Assembly: GCA_001179505.1 (NCBI GenBank)
Contig: CDMY01000307.1
Location: 1-64,000 of the forward strand
From: Vitrella brassicaformis CCMP3155
Taxonomy: Eukaryota; Protista; Chromerida
Direction of reading: 5' to 3'
Length of the DNA stretch: 64,000 nucleotides
Shown here: piece by piece, positions 1 through 11,429 of the stretch
Layout: each line of letters starts with the position of its first letter
How positions within the stretch are numbered: position 1 is the first letter of the stretch
Notes under the pieces: model-generated
What the model was told of the DNA's origin: nothing
The model's input: only the letters and a program-made list of their open reading frames with translations
Database searches by the model: none
Made by a program: the position numbers and the translations under genes

Positions 1-17
1 CGCTGTGTGTGTTGCAG

Positions 18-713
18 GTACGGTCATCGTGCGGGCGACAGCAGCAAGCGGCCCGAGCTGGCCTGGGTCTATGTCGGCAGCCACAATCTCAGCAAAGTGA
101 GTGAGCCGACAAACAGTGACACATCTGTGGTTCCTCTCTCACCATCCTCGTGTGTGTTGTGTGCCACACATATGCAGGCGGCGTGGGGCGAGCTGCAGGA
201 AAACGACTCGAAGCTGTCCATCCGGTCATATGAGCTGGGCATCCTCATCTCACCACACACACTCCGCGGCCGCACCCCGCCCCCACCACACACCACCCCC
301 CACACACAGCTGGCCGGCTCATCGTCATCCAGCAGCAGCAGCGGTGCCGCCACACAGATGCGGTCATTCATGTGGCGCAAACGCGATGACACAGGTCGGA
401 CGACACAGACAGACAGGACACATGCAGCCCATATCCACGCGTCTTGTGTGGGTGATGGGCTGTGTGCACTGCAGGGTCCTCTCCCCTGCCCCGCCTCTAC
501 GCGGCCACTTCTCGGTGCCCGAGCGGTCCACCTGATGTGCCGCTGATCGGTGTGCCTCTGCCCTATCCCCTGCCGCCGGTGCCCTACAGCAATCGTGACG
601 TGGTGTGGACGACAGACGGCATTCACGCTGGGCCGGACAGGCTTGGCAAGGAGGCAGGTGGTGACGGCGCGAGCAAGACTGTTCAGAGCAGTTCCTCGCG
701 GGCTGACTTCTGA
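18..713 (+). CDS. TDP1: Tyrosyl-DNA phosphodiesterase 1, 3' exons (gene starts before window)
   Basis: Spliced exons (18-96, 178-~394, ~475-713) give WVYVGSHNLSK|AAWGELQENDSKLSIRSYELGILISP...PLPYPLPPVPYSNRDVVWT, matching the TDP1 C-terminus (SxNLSKAAWG, IRSYELG, PYxLPPxxY..D..W). Confidence 0.9.
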
Positions 714-989
714 TGTGGTGTGAGTGGGAAGTCGGAGGTGTAGTCTGTGGATCGGTGTACATGCACTACACGATAGACGTCTCATCGATGCGTTGCGCAT
801 CGACTGGACCTCATACTGCACGCAAAGATACTGCTCGAATGATGTCAACAAACACGAAGGCGTGCACGATTGACAGAGATACCCAAGACTCATACACCTC
901 AGGATATGGGTGCCGCCCCACGCGGAATGGAAAGAATCCTGGTCGGCGATCTTAGCTCGCATGAGACCTTCCCGCGATAGATCAGCAGC

Positions 990-3612
990 GCCATGAACGG
1001 GATGAGGAAGCGGCAGAAAGGCCCGGTTGCGGCCTCAGCAGCTGCCTCCAGCGCTCCTGCCTCGGCCAATCAGCTGCCCCGTTTGTTCGACCTGCCCCAG
1101 TGCGTCGAGCGAGTCGTCTTGTTCCCTCTTTGTGGCGCTGACGGCCTCGCTCTCTTTCGGCACACATGCCCCCTCGGCGGCCAGCGTGTGTCGGAGGACT
1201 ACATCAAATCGCAAATCGACCGCCTGATGGTCACCAAGGCCATCAACAACATCGTCAGCTATCGGGTGCCGCGGCGGGTGCGGAGGGACCAGCTGCGGCC
1301 GATGGACTTCCTGCTGCGGCTGCTGGTACACACATGGACGCACTCCGACTCTCATTCCATCTCTTGCGTCTATCGCTCCTTGGCGTCTGTGTGTGTCGGC
1401 AGTATATCATCGAGAGGAGCGGCGAGTGGGCAGCGATGGTGCCAATAGTGAGGGTGGCGAAGCATCTGGGGCGGGTGGAGCGGCTGCCGATAGAGCTTAG
1501 CAGTGCTGATGTGGAGGCGGTGGGCAGCCGGGCGGTGTTTGAGGGGCGGTGTGAGGCGATGCGGCAGCTGTCACTCATCCAGCGCCATCTCATTATGAGG
1601 CTCGAGCGCGATGACAACGGTGAGGAGCGGCTGGATGGAGATCGGCTCACCGTCCGCACCCTGCAGACGCTGCCGGCCAACAGCCCCTTCCGCGATAGAT
1701 TCGACCCGAACGACCCCGTGTGTCAGTATGACGGTAAGGGCGGGAGGGATAGATGTGGAGAGACCTATGGGTGCCTGTGTGTATATGTGTGTTTGTAGAT
1801 GCCGACTATGCTTCAGTTCGCGACGCTGTGTTGTATGAGTGAGGAAAATGAGTAGAATGACACAAACGAACTCACATAAACAGATTGGCTGCGCCGCTGT
1901 GCCATGGTGTGTCTGACCAGGATGCGCTCGGGAGCGTCGCAGGTCGCGTTCCAGTATGTCCAGCGGCCCAACAATGCCACACGGTTCAGCCGACTCGTCA
2001 GTCACACACCCACACACACACACGATTGCCTCACCAGCTGTCCCACTCACTGATTTTTACCTCCCGTTCTCTTCAGCGGTACCTCGCCACTCAGCAGCCG
2101 CCCGTGTGAGACTGCCGCACCATCAGCACACGCCACTGGAGGGTGGGAGGAGGAATCCGCGAGCGCGTGATAGTGTTGCGTGGAGACCAGCAGGGTGACA
2201 CATTCGAGGCCCACATCACCATCGACAGCTACCCCACCATTGCCCGCACCCGGCTCTGGACGACGGAGCCTCCGGTGTCGGGCAGGATGGGAGCCGCCAG
2301 GTTCCCCGAGACAGTGAGGGTGGCGAGGCAGGTCATGGGGGACGACGCAGAGGTGGCGTTCGGCAACCCGCTAGCCGTAGCCGTACACTAATTCATTGAG
2401 CTCTCAACTCTCTCGTGTACAGAGAGGCTTCAGGTCTGCCTGTCTGTCTGTCTGGCCATCGCCACAGTAGCAGATGGCAGGCAGGCAGGCAGGTGTGTTC
2501 GAGAGACAGACAGATAAGTTGACGGATGCATTGTGTGTGGTGTGGCTGCCTGCACGGGGTGGGGAGGGGTACTTAGTTGAATGGATTGACAGACTGCCTT
2601 CCTGCCTGTGTGCCTGTGTGTGTGTGTGTGTGAGGCGGGTTTTTTCAATGGGGAGATGCAGCACGTGGGAATCCTCCTTCTCCACACGCAGATACATTCA
2701 CGAACACCAAAGACGCCTTGTCAGCCACCATCTACCATTCAAGTGCAGCACTGCATCTTCTGATATGGTACACACAAGCGAGAGCGACATTGCCAGTGTC
2801 CTCACTGCATCATCGATAGATTGACACATTGAACAAAACCACCCCCGCCCCGCCATGCTAGGCTCTTCACGAGTGTGTGACGTGCATTCGACTCTGCTCG
2901 ACCACTTGCAGCAAATCACCCAGACGCACGGGCTCCGCACACGCACCAACCTGCACACACACATGACCCATGTCAGGCCTCTCTCTGTGTCTGCGTACCA
3001 TCCTGACTGTCATGGCTCCCGCGGCGCAGCCGAGCTTCAAGCCGAGCTCCACAGAGCGGCCCCACACCCAGCCAAACAGAAAGCCCGCATCGAAGGCATC
3101 GCCCGCACCGGTGGCGTCCACAATCGCCTCACTCGGTAAGGACACAGCCGGGCACTGATACACACGATATGGCAAAGAACTGCACAGACAGACAGGCAGC
3201 ATAAAAGGGGAGACAGAGAGTGGCGGGGTGTGTGTGTGGATGTGTGTGCATCATCTTACCTGTCGTGTGTGTCTGGGTGTGTCTTTCGCTGTGCTGCGAT
3301 AGCGCCGCGGTCGCCCTGCTTCATGACCACCAGGGGGACGCGGCGCACGAGCCAATCGAGGGCGGCCATGCGGTCAGACACATCTGCACGCACTCATGGT
3401 GTGGCTGAGTGGTGGGTGGGATGTTGTTGTGTGTTGACTGACGGGCGTACTTGCGATGCGCGTGGCCTCGGTCTCGTTGGGGAGGAAGCAGTCGATCAGC
3501 GGCAGGACGTCATCCAGGCCGTCGAACCGATCTTAGCACACACACACACGCGCATCCATCTCTGTGTGTGTGCTCGTGTGTGTGTTGGTGTCTAGCTAAA
3601 GGCGCACCCACC
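990..3612. repeat. Direct segmental duplication, copy A (family X gene plus PfkB 3' exons); partner ~60420-62991
   Basis: Long near-identical stretches, e.g. 3075-3160 vs 62447-62532. Similarity stops at CTAAAGGCGCACCCACC (3612 / 62991). Confidence 0.9.
993..2391 (+). pseudogene. Lineage-specific family X, copy 1; in-frame TGA at a conserved Trp
   Basis: Five exons with consistent phases: MRKRQKGPVAAS...LFRHTCPLG...YIIERSGEW...RVIVLRGDQ...LWTTEPPVSGRMGAARFPETVRVARQVMG. QQPPV-TGA at 2107-2109 aligns with QQPPVW in the copies at 47 kb and 61 kb. Confidence 0.75.
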
Positions 3613-5933
3613 GTGGGGGTCGAATGCGGTGTCCATGCTGGTCGTCATCCCAAGAGCCTTCACCTGAGCTGCATAACATGACATAGCACAGCACAGCACA
3701 GCACAGAGATACACCCACCCACACACCGACACATGTGCAATTGACAGACTAACGTACCCAGGATGGTGGGCAGCTGTGGGCGTAGTGCGTGTAGGTTGTA
3801 GACGCCCGCCAGGTGCAGGTGCCCCACCCGGCCGCCGCTCACCAAGGACACCATGTCGACGTCACTCACATCCCACGCACCTGTCGCACCGTAGTCTGTC
3901 ACAAACCTGTTGGACACAGACACACACACACATGTGTGTTGGGGTGTGTGTGTGTGCGTGCGGCTTACGCGCGATCGCCGTCGGCTGCGAGGCAGAGGCA
4001 GACTCCGGTGCTCTTCTTCTTGTCGGTGGGGCCGCACACCTCCACATTCACCTGGGCGCACTTGTCGCGCAGAATCCGGGCGAACGCATCCTCACCAAAC
4101 GCACCCTGAACACATGCACACACATGGACGGATGGATGGGTGGGTGAGGATATGGACGCGCTTGTTGTGAGTCTGTGTCCCGTACCTGCAGGAGGACCGT
4201 GTGTGCATCACACCATTTGGGCAGCTCGTCCGCTGAAGGGAAAGGCGAGTCGGCCTGCACACACGCCGAGACGAACACGTGCGGGCAGTAAGAGACATGA
4301 ACGTGTATGGGTGTCCACGACTCGTACCGAGCGTATTTGCCCGAGTGGGTCGTTGTCGATGGCCGACGGCCGCGACGACTCGACGAGCGACGACAGATGC
4401 ACCGCTGTGTTGAGTGCTGAGCCTGTGTGAGGGTGTACAGCGGTCACACACATGGATACGTCTGCCTTTGTGTATGTCTGTGTGCTTCGCCCCTTACCGC
4501 CCGGGAGGATGCGCATTGGCTGTGTGCAGGCCGTGTCGGTGCCCAACACAGGTAGCCGGGGCAGCTGAGCACACCACACACACACATGGATACCGGGTGC
4601 GCCTTCGCGCCTGCCTGCCTGCCTGCCTGTCCACCTGTGCAGCCACAATGTCTGCGCACACACACAAACACACAACACACAAAGACACGTGTGCACCCCA
4701 CGCACATTGTGTATGTGCGTGTGTGTGTCTGAATGAGCATACCGACGAAGACATCTCCCAAGCACGCGATGGCGGTGCCCTTGCCGACGGTGCCGTTGGT
4801 CTCATCTCGCGAGTGGCGGCCCTCCGACTTGCGGCGAGACGACAGATTCAGACTGCTCAGCTGACATGTACACACACACACATACAGAGAGAGAGAGAGA
4901 GCCCATTCACTTCTCGTGTCTGTCTGTCTGTCTGTCTGTCTGTGTGTCTAGGTATACGCACCATCTGAGAGCATCTGGAGAGCAGGGCTTCGAGCTTGCG
5001 CGCCGTGGGCAGCTCCGAAGGCACCACGCCCATCAGATGACGCACCTGCATCATCCACCCGTTCGCCCAGCCACTCATTGATGCGCTGAGGGATGGATGG
5101 AAACACCCGTTTGTGTGCAGACCAAGCAGCGTACCACACTCAGCCATGCGGAGCAGTCCCTTTCGAGCAGGCCTTCCTCCTCCAACACACTTGAGCATAT
5201 GTCCTGTGCACTCACACAGACAGACAGGCACATAAGCAGCATGGCGATCTCTCATTCTGCCTGTGTGGCTTCCTGACTGCTCGGCTCACCACGACGGTTT
5301 CCATGCCCAGGACGGCCCCCACACAGAGAACGCCGCGCACATTCTCCGCACACACGCCACTCTGCAGCGATTGACACTCACACACACACGCATACACAGA
5401 CGAAGACTTACACACATATTCAGACACAGGCAGGCAGGCTTACCCGTTCTTCTGAAGAGCTCTCCAGCGCCGCATACCCCACGCCGATGGCAGCCTGCAA
5501 CGCGGTCTCGTCTGCGTATTTGGCCACTTGATCGAGCAGCGCTGTCAAGTCCATCTGATGCTGCTGTTGGTCCTGCTCCCGGAGCTTGTGCTCGAAGAGC
5601 GGGCTCAGTGCCGCCAGAATGACCCTGCACACAGCACACGTGCACCTGTGTTTCTTTCTGTCCGCATGAGCTCGAGTGCAGGACCGGCTGCACAGCGTAC
5701 CGATGGCAGGGCAGTGAGAGAGATCGGCACGTGATCGTGATGTCACACAAGATCCCTGTCACACACACACAGAGAGTTGTTCTCTCTCCGTGTGTCTGTC
5801 TGCCTGTCTGCCTGTCTGCCGTGTGTGTGTGTGTGTGTGTACCTTCTTGCTGGAACAGGGCCAGCTTGGCAGCTGGTGTCAGGGGCGACGGCCGCTGCGT
5901 CAGCGACCGACGGAGAGGCTGCGAGGTCGACAT
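2867..5933 (-). CDS. BTB/POZ (partial BACK) domain fused to a PfkB/ribokinase-family carbohydrate kinase
   Basis: In-phase splicing gives MSTSQ...EG|ILCDITITCRSLSLPCH|RVILAALSPLFEHKL...CAENVRGVLCVGAVLGMETVV|DICSSVLEE (BTB). Then IACLGDVFV|DIV, GGSALNTAVHL, GAFGEDAF, STGVC, LPNETEA, VMKQGDRGA and DATGAGDAFDAGF (PfkB signatures, catalytic Asp intact). Confidence 0.85.
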
Positions 5934-6050
5934 CTGACAGCGATGCTGTGACCCACCTGATGTGGACAGGGGAAGGAGATTAACGCGAGATCTTCAGCGT
6001 TTCTGGTCAACTGACGATGACCCTGCCCTGATGCGCGCAGCTCGAGAAAG

Positions 6051-7425
6051 ATGATCTTCCGCGAGCTTAGCAAGCGAGCCGCTTCCGTTGTTGGCCGCAC
6101 AGATCAGATGACAGATATGCAGCGCCTCTCCGCCGCCCCTATGGTTTCGGTGGTGTTCCTCTCCGTATTGGCGTCGTCGGCCATCGTGGCCCTGGCAGAA
6201 ACCGTCGGAAAAGATGGTCAGATGGATGGACGCACGTGGATGGGGAATGCCATGGATGGATGGATGGTGTGTGTATGCAGCTGGACAGCTCGAGATGGCG
6301 GCCACGTGCCCCGTCGATGTTGACCTCGAGCTCTGCACGGACAAGAAAGGCAGTAAGTAACCTGACTGGGAAAGTGCTGGTGCAACCTGACTGGGAGGGA
6401 TGGATGGATGGATGGCTGCAGAGTTCATGGCCGGCATTGTGTGCAGCATGGTGGACCCGGTGAGCAAACGCAGAGCAGCACAGCCCGCTACATCAGCGGA
6501 TGGATGGATGGATGGATGGATGTCTTTGCAGTGGGAGCGCCAGATCTGGAAGCAAGAGAAGGCCGAGAATCTCGAGAAGCAGGGCGACAAAGACGCTTAT
6601 TTCAAGTGGATAGAACGACGGGCCGTGATGAAGGACGGGTAAGGGGGAGTCAATCGAATTCGCTCACTCACGGCCTTGCGGCGGGCGTGTGTTGATGTGC
6701 GTGTGCTGCTGCATTCATCCAGCAAACCTGTGTTGCTCAAGGACAAGTACCCGAAGGAGGAGTGGCAGAAAATACCGGGTATCCGAATGAAGTGCATCCA
6801 CCGCACCTACCCATCCCCCACCGATTCGCCTGTATGTGTGTATGCAGGCCCTTTTGACTTTTCCGCAGAAGGCAAGCCGAAGAAAAGCTGCTGGTAAGCG
6901 CACTACGCCGCTCAACTCGGACATTGATATGTGCGTGTGTGTGTGTGTGTGCGCGCGTGTAGGTGCAAGGAGAAGAAAATCGGAGACAAGAAAGAGACAG
7001 TTTGCGAGGTCTGGCGCATCCCTCCAGATCTGTCGCCTGCATGGGCCACACACACGACGCAGAGAACCACACGCATACAGAGAGATGTGTGTATGCGTGT
7101 GTGCAGCCGGAGGGAGCCGTAGATCAAGCTGGGTCATTCGTGCAGACCGGTAGGCAGGCGACTGTATGTATTACAGTGCAGGTGAGTCAATGGATGGGTG
7201 GATGGATTGGTGGACAGAGGAATCAGAGGTGGAGCAGTCCATCGTGCGGCAGCGGCTTCAGGCCGAGGAGGGTAAGTGAGCGTGTGTAGATGATCTGTTC
7301 ATGTGTGTGTGTGTGTGTGTGTGCCGTCCAGAGGCCAACAAGCCCGCGGACACCAAGCACACCGGCAAGCCGACCAAGACCACCAAGACGAACAAGCAGA
7401 GCACCACGCTCGAGGGGGAGCTGTA
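6051..7425 (+). CDS. Hypothetical multi-exon protein with N-terminal signal/TM segment, divergent from BTB-PfkB
   Basis: In-phase exons: MVSVVFLSVLASSAIVALAE|AGQLEMAATCPVDVDLELC|KFMAGIVCSMVDP|WERQIWKQEKAE...|...KQSTTLEGEL*. No family recognised; start codon uncertain. Confidence 0.65.
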
Positions 7426-7854
7426 GACTGTAGAGAGAGACACACACGCATACCATACGCACCACACCAAACACATACTCCTAATCTAACCTTCTAGCTA
7501 GACGAACGCGTGGTGCACTTCAGGGTGCGTAGTAGGGACGGGTGTGCGCGTGTGCATGTGGTTTAAGTTCTTTTTGCCACCCATGAGCACACCTTGTACA
7601 GACAGTCTATCTCTTCTCTCTCTCTCCTTCTTTGGGTCTGTTTGGCTTTCTGTGAGGAGGACGGGGACTTTTTGAAGAAGAGAAGACGAAACAACAACAA
7701 GTCGGTGAAGGCAGTGTCGTCACAGCTGTCAACAAATGTAATGTTCCCACACAGTCTCCGCGTCGCATACACCCATCCACCCATCCGCACATGGACACAC
7801 ACACACGCCCACGCCCACGCCCATACACACACGCACACAGACCATTATTTTCAT

Positions 7855-9579
7855 TTAAGGCTGCTTGATCTTCACGTTCCTGCACAGGTTCACCGCCTCA
7901 CACGGCTGTAAACAGACCCTCACACAGACGAAGAGGGAGAGAAAGTGAGTGCATTGCTGCATTCATTGTCACCCGCCAGACCTTGTCGAAGAGGTGGAAC
8001 AGATTTGCATGGTGGTACTTGACGCACACGTAGTCGCAATCTGTATGTGTGTATCCAATCCACCACACACAGGGTCACAGACACGTATCCTCTCTTTCTC
8101 TCCCTGTGTGTGTGTATGGGGACCTCTGGGGGCGAATGAGGGGCTGTCCTCGTTGAGACACGTGCCAGCCGCCTGCACACACAACACCAGAAAGAGAGAG
8201 AGGGGTCGGTGGCGCGGGGTGTGCCACAGTGCATACGGGCTTCTGATCGGCGTTTCTCTGGCAGTAGCAGCACCGGAGCTTAACCGACTGCAGGTGCACC
8301 CATCAATCAAACACCCGGATGACAGCACTTTCATCGGTGTGTCCATGCAAAATGGATACCGGCGCGCGTGTGGTGGGCGAGAAGTCGGTCTGCGTCGCCT
8401 GCAGTGCAGTGCAGTGCAGTGCGCGCCACACACACACATATGCACGCAAGACCACGATGCAATGCAGCCCACACAGGCATGCCCTTACCTCATCTCGTGT
8501 CCCCTTCTGCACACAGAAAGACAGAGAGACAGACAGAGAGAGACGCCCATATGGATGGATGGATGGATGGATGGACATATAGACACACACACGGGGACGT
8601 ACTTGGTTCTCGTCATGCACGCCGAACTGGCCCGTCGCTTCGGTGTGGTGCCGCCCGTGCACCGACCTTTGCTGCAAGTCACCCTCCTGCACACAAAGAT
8701 CAGACAGACAGACATGCATGAGAGCCACATGGCGGATGAGTGTGTGTGCATATGCTCACGGATGTGTGAAGTGTTGCGTTGTACAGCCGGTGCCTGGGTG
8801 GTGGACGCCCATGCACATCGCCTACACACACGCGCGCATCCATCCATCTGTCTGTGTGTGTGCGCCTGATGAGTGTGTGTCTGCATAATGCGCACCCAGG
8901 TGCTCTTGCTTCGGCGATTTGGCCCGCCGATCGAGCTCGCCCCCTTCCTGTGTCCATCCATCCATCCCATGTCCGTATGTGCGTCGATGAGTGAGTGCGG
9001 CGGTCGGCCGTTCGTTGCGTACCGTCACTTTAGGGGCGGGCTGCTGGATCGGCTTCCCTTGTTCTTGTTGTTCTGTCTGCGTTGCTGCCGCTGCCTGCAC
9101 ACGGGACAATTGGATTGGTATAGACTCACCACTCGGAAAATGATGCAGCAGCGCAATGCCTACCATCTCGGGGTCCTTTGCTGTGATATCGTCTCCCGTC
9201 TGTGTGTGCTTGGTCTCCTGCACACACACCACACCCCCAAGCACACACACTGTCTTCTGTGTGTCTGTGAGTGAGTGAGTGAGTGAGTGGATACGTCTTA
9301 TCCACGTACCGCCTGTTTCGCGCTTGGCTTGGGTGCCTGGGGTGGCTCGTTTCCGCCTTCTTCGTCTTCTGTCTGGGTGGATGTCGATACCTGCGTTGCA
9401 TACGCACACACACACACACATGTTGCGCATCAGTGGTTTGGAGTGCTTGTACCCTCGGACGCACCTTTTTCTTCTTCTGCATACACAGCACGGCAAACAC
9501 ACCGGTCCATAGCGACCCCGCCCAATGGAGGGGTGTTATGGATCAGGCCGCAGTGAGTGCACATCTCTCCCTGACTCCC

Positions 9580-9616
<37 letters not shown>

Positions 9617-10702
9617 TGTGTAGGTGTGCATACCTTGCCGATTGAAATCCACTCAGAGGGGGCCTCTGTTGTCTCCCCTTCCTCCTCCCCTCCCGCCTCC
9701 CCTCCCGCCTCCCCTGTCTCTTTCCCTTGGTCGTTTCCCTTGTACGCAGGGGGCGAACTGCACTCATCGGCACATCACATGCCAGCACATGAACACAATC
9801 ACGTTGGTGAGGTGAGTGCTGGTTGATCACGGTGGCCATCCATCTACACACACACACTCGCTAACCTGCGCACGCACATTGGGGCAACCTGCCCTTGTGT
9901 GGACACCTGTGCGCCTGATGTGCGTGAATCGAGGGATGAGAATGCACCATGCAGGCAGCGCGGCACGTACCGACATATGCGCCGCAGAAGGCGTAGCACG
10001 TGTCTGCCGGACAGAGGCCGCTGTACATTGCACCTGACAGACAGACAGACGCACACACATGATTGCGATATCTGCTCATCTACTCGTGTGTGTGTGGTGT
10101 GTGGTGTGTACCAGCTGTTGGCTCTTTGGTCGCTGCGTAGGCGCACATGTCGCCTGATGGGCTGTGACAGCAGGCAGGCAGGCAATAGTGTTTGTGCCTG
10201 GGTGTGTGTATGTGTGTGTGTGTGTCTGCGCACCTCCTGCCCCCGCTGCTTTCTGTCTTGATCTCATTATCGGCTGTGAGCAGAGACATTCAGACGCACA
10301 GACGTGTGTGGCTGTGCTGTGTGTGGATGGACAACACCTCAGGGCTTGCCCACCGGCAGAGAGCTTGGCTGTTCCCTCTCCATCCTTCTGCACACACACA
10401 CACACACACTCATTGAGAAAGAGAGGGAGAGAGAGAGAGAGAGACAGACAGAAGTAAGGGCAGACAGACACCTTGTAGAGCACACATTGGCCCTTCGTAT
10501 ACGCAAGACAGCACTTTTCCCTGTCGGCCGGAGATACTGCACACACCGTCACACACACACACACACACGTAGAGATTCTCACACACACACACACACGCAC
10601 CCACATAGCAGTGTACCTGATGTGCAAACATAGGTCTTCACCAGGCCGTCTGTGTGCTCTTTGCACTGGCAGGCCTCCCCTGCACACGCCGCGACACATC
10701 TG

Positions 10703-10736
<34 letters not shown>

Positions 10737-11375
10737 CACCCAGATGCGCGTGTGCGTGTGTGTAGGGTGGGAGAGAGTACTTGTTGAGGTCGAAGAAGCT
10801 CTTCCCCGTCTGAGTGTGTATGCGGTTGTGGGCCATACGCATCATATCATATGGAGAGAACCGTCCGTATACACACATGCATCAGTGTCAGCCAGTCCCA
10901 GACTGACCCACCTCCGGCGAGCTGCACTGAGGCCCGTCAACCGTGGCTGTGCGACGCATATACACATACACACAACAGACAGAGGACAGCGACAGACATG
11001 CACAAGGCCATACTGATGCCTGCTGCCGGAGAGCATGCGGTGTGCGTCTACCTACCGGCATGGAGGGAGGTGCGCTGCAGAAGCTGCTGCTCGTCCAAGT
11101 CCCCCACCACTGCATCCAGTCAGTGCAGAACATCGAAACGTCAGACCTAGTGTATGTCTGTGCGCATACCGTCTTTCTTGAGCAGCACATTCCCAGAGAC
11201 CAACTGGCTCAGTGCCAAAAGCAGAGCGTACGCCCCAACCTGGCGCCCCCTGCACACACACATGATCAACGATGTCATTTTTTGTCAAATGCGTCCGGCA
11301 CGTGTCGGGATGGTCTCTTGGCGACCTCGTCATTGCAGAGCGGCCCCGCAGAGGCTTCTCAGGACAACACTGCAA
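7855..11375 (-). CDS. Hypothetical multi-exon protein with Cys-rich C-terminus (may be more than one gene)
   Basis: Terminal exons splice in phase to ...ATQTDFSPTTRAP|SVKLRCCYCQRNADQKPVCT|AAGTCLNEDSPSFAPR|DCDYVCVKYHHANLFHLFDKVWR|PCEAVNLCRNVKIKQP*. Upstream exons only partly resolved. Confidence 0.5.
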
Positions 11376-11429
11376 AAAGAGGCACGTACGTCACATGCAG
11401 AAGCCATCACTCAACGAATTGAATGAGAC

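Noticed and set aside
2107-2109. TGA read as Trp or selenocysteine in family X copy 1
   Set aside because: Other genes use TGG for Trp and TGA as a stop; a single G>A nonsense change is simpler and no SECIS could be supported.
6358-6400. 13-bp direct repeat AACCTGACTGGGA
   Set aside because: It lies inside an intron, has two copies only and no further structure.
7855-8300. Saposin-like domain in the Cys-rich tail (C..C ... Y ... PCEAVNLC)
   Set aside because: Only the last motif resembles SapB; cysteine spacing in the middle does not fit.
11040-11150. Thrombospondin-like WxxW motif (WMQWWGTWTSSSFCS)
   Set aside because: The reading frame of this exon could not be fixed; another frame fits the upstream splice phase better.
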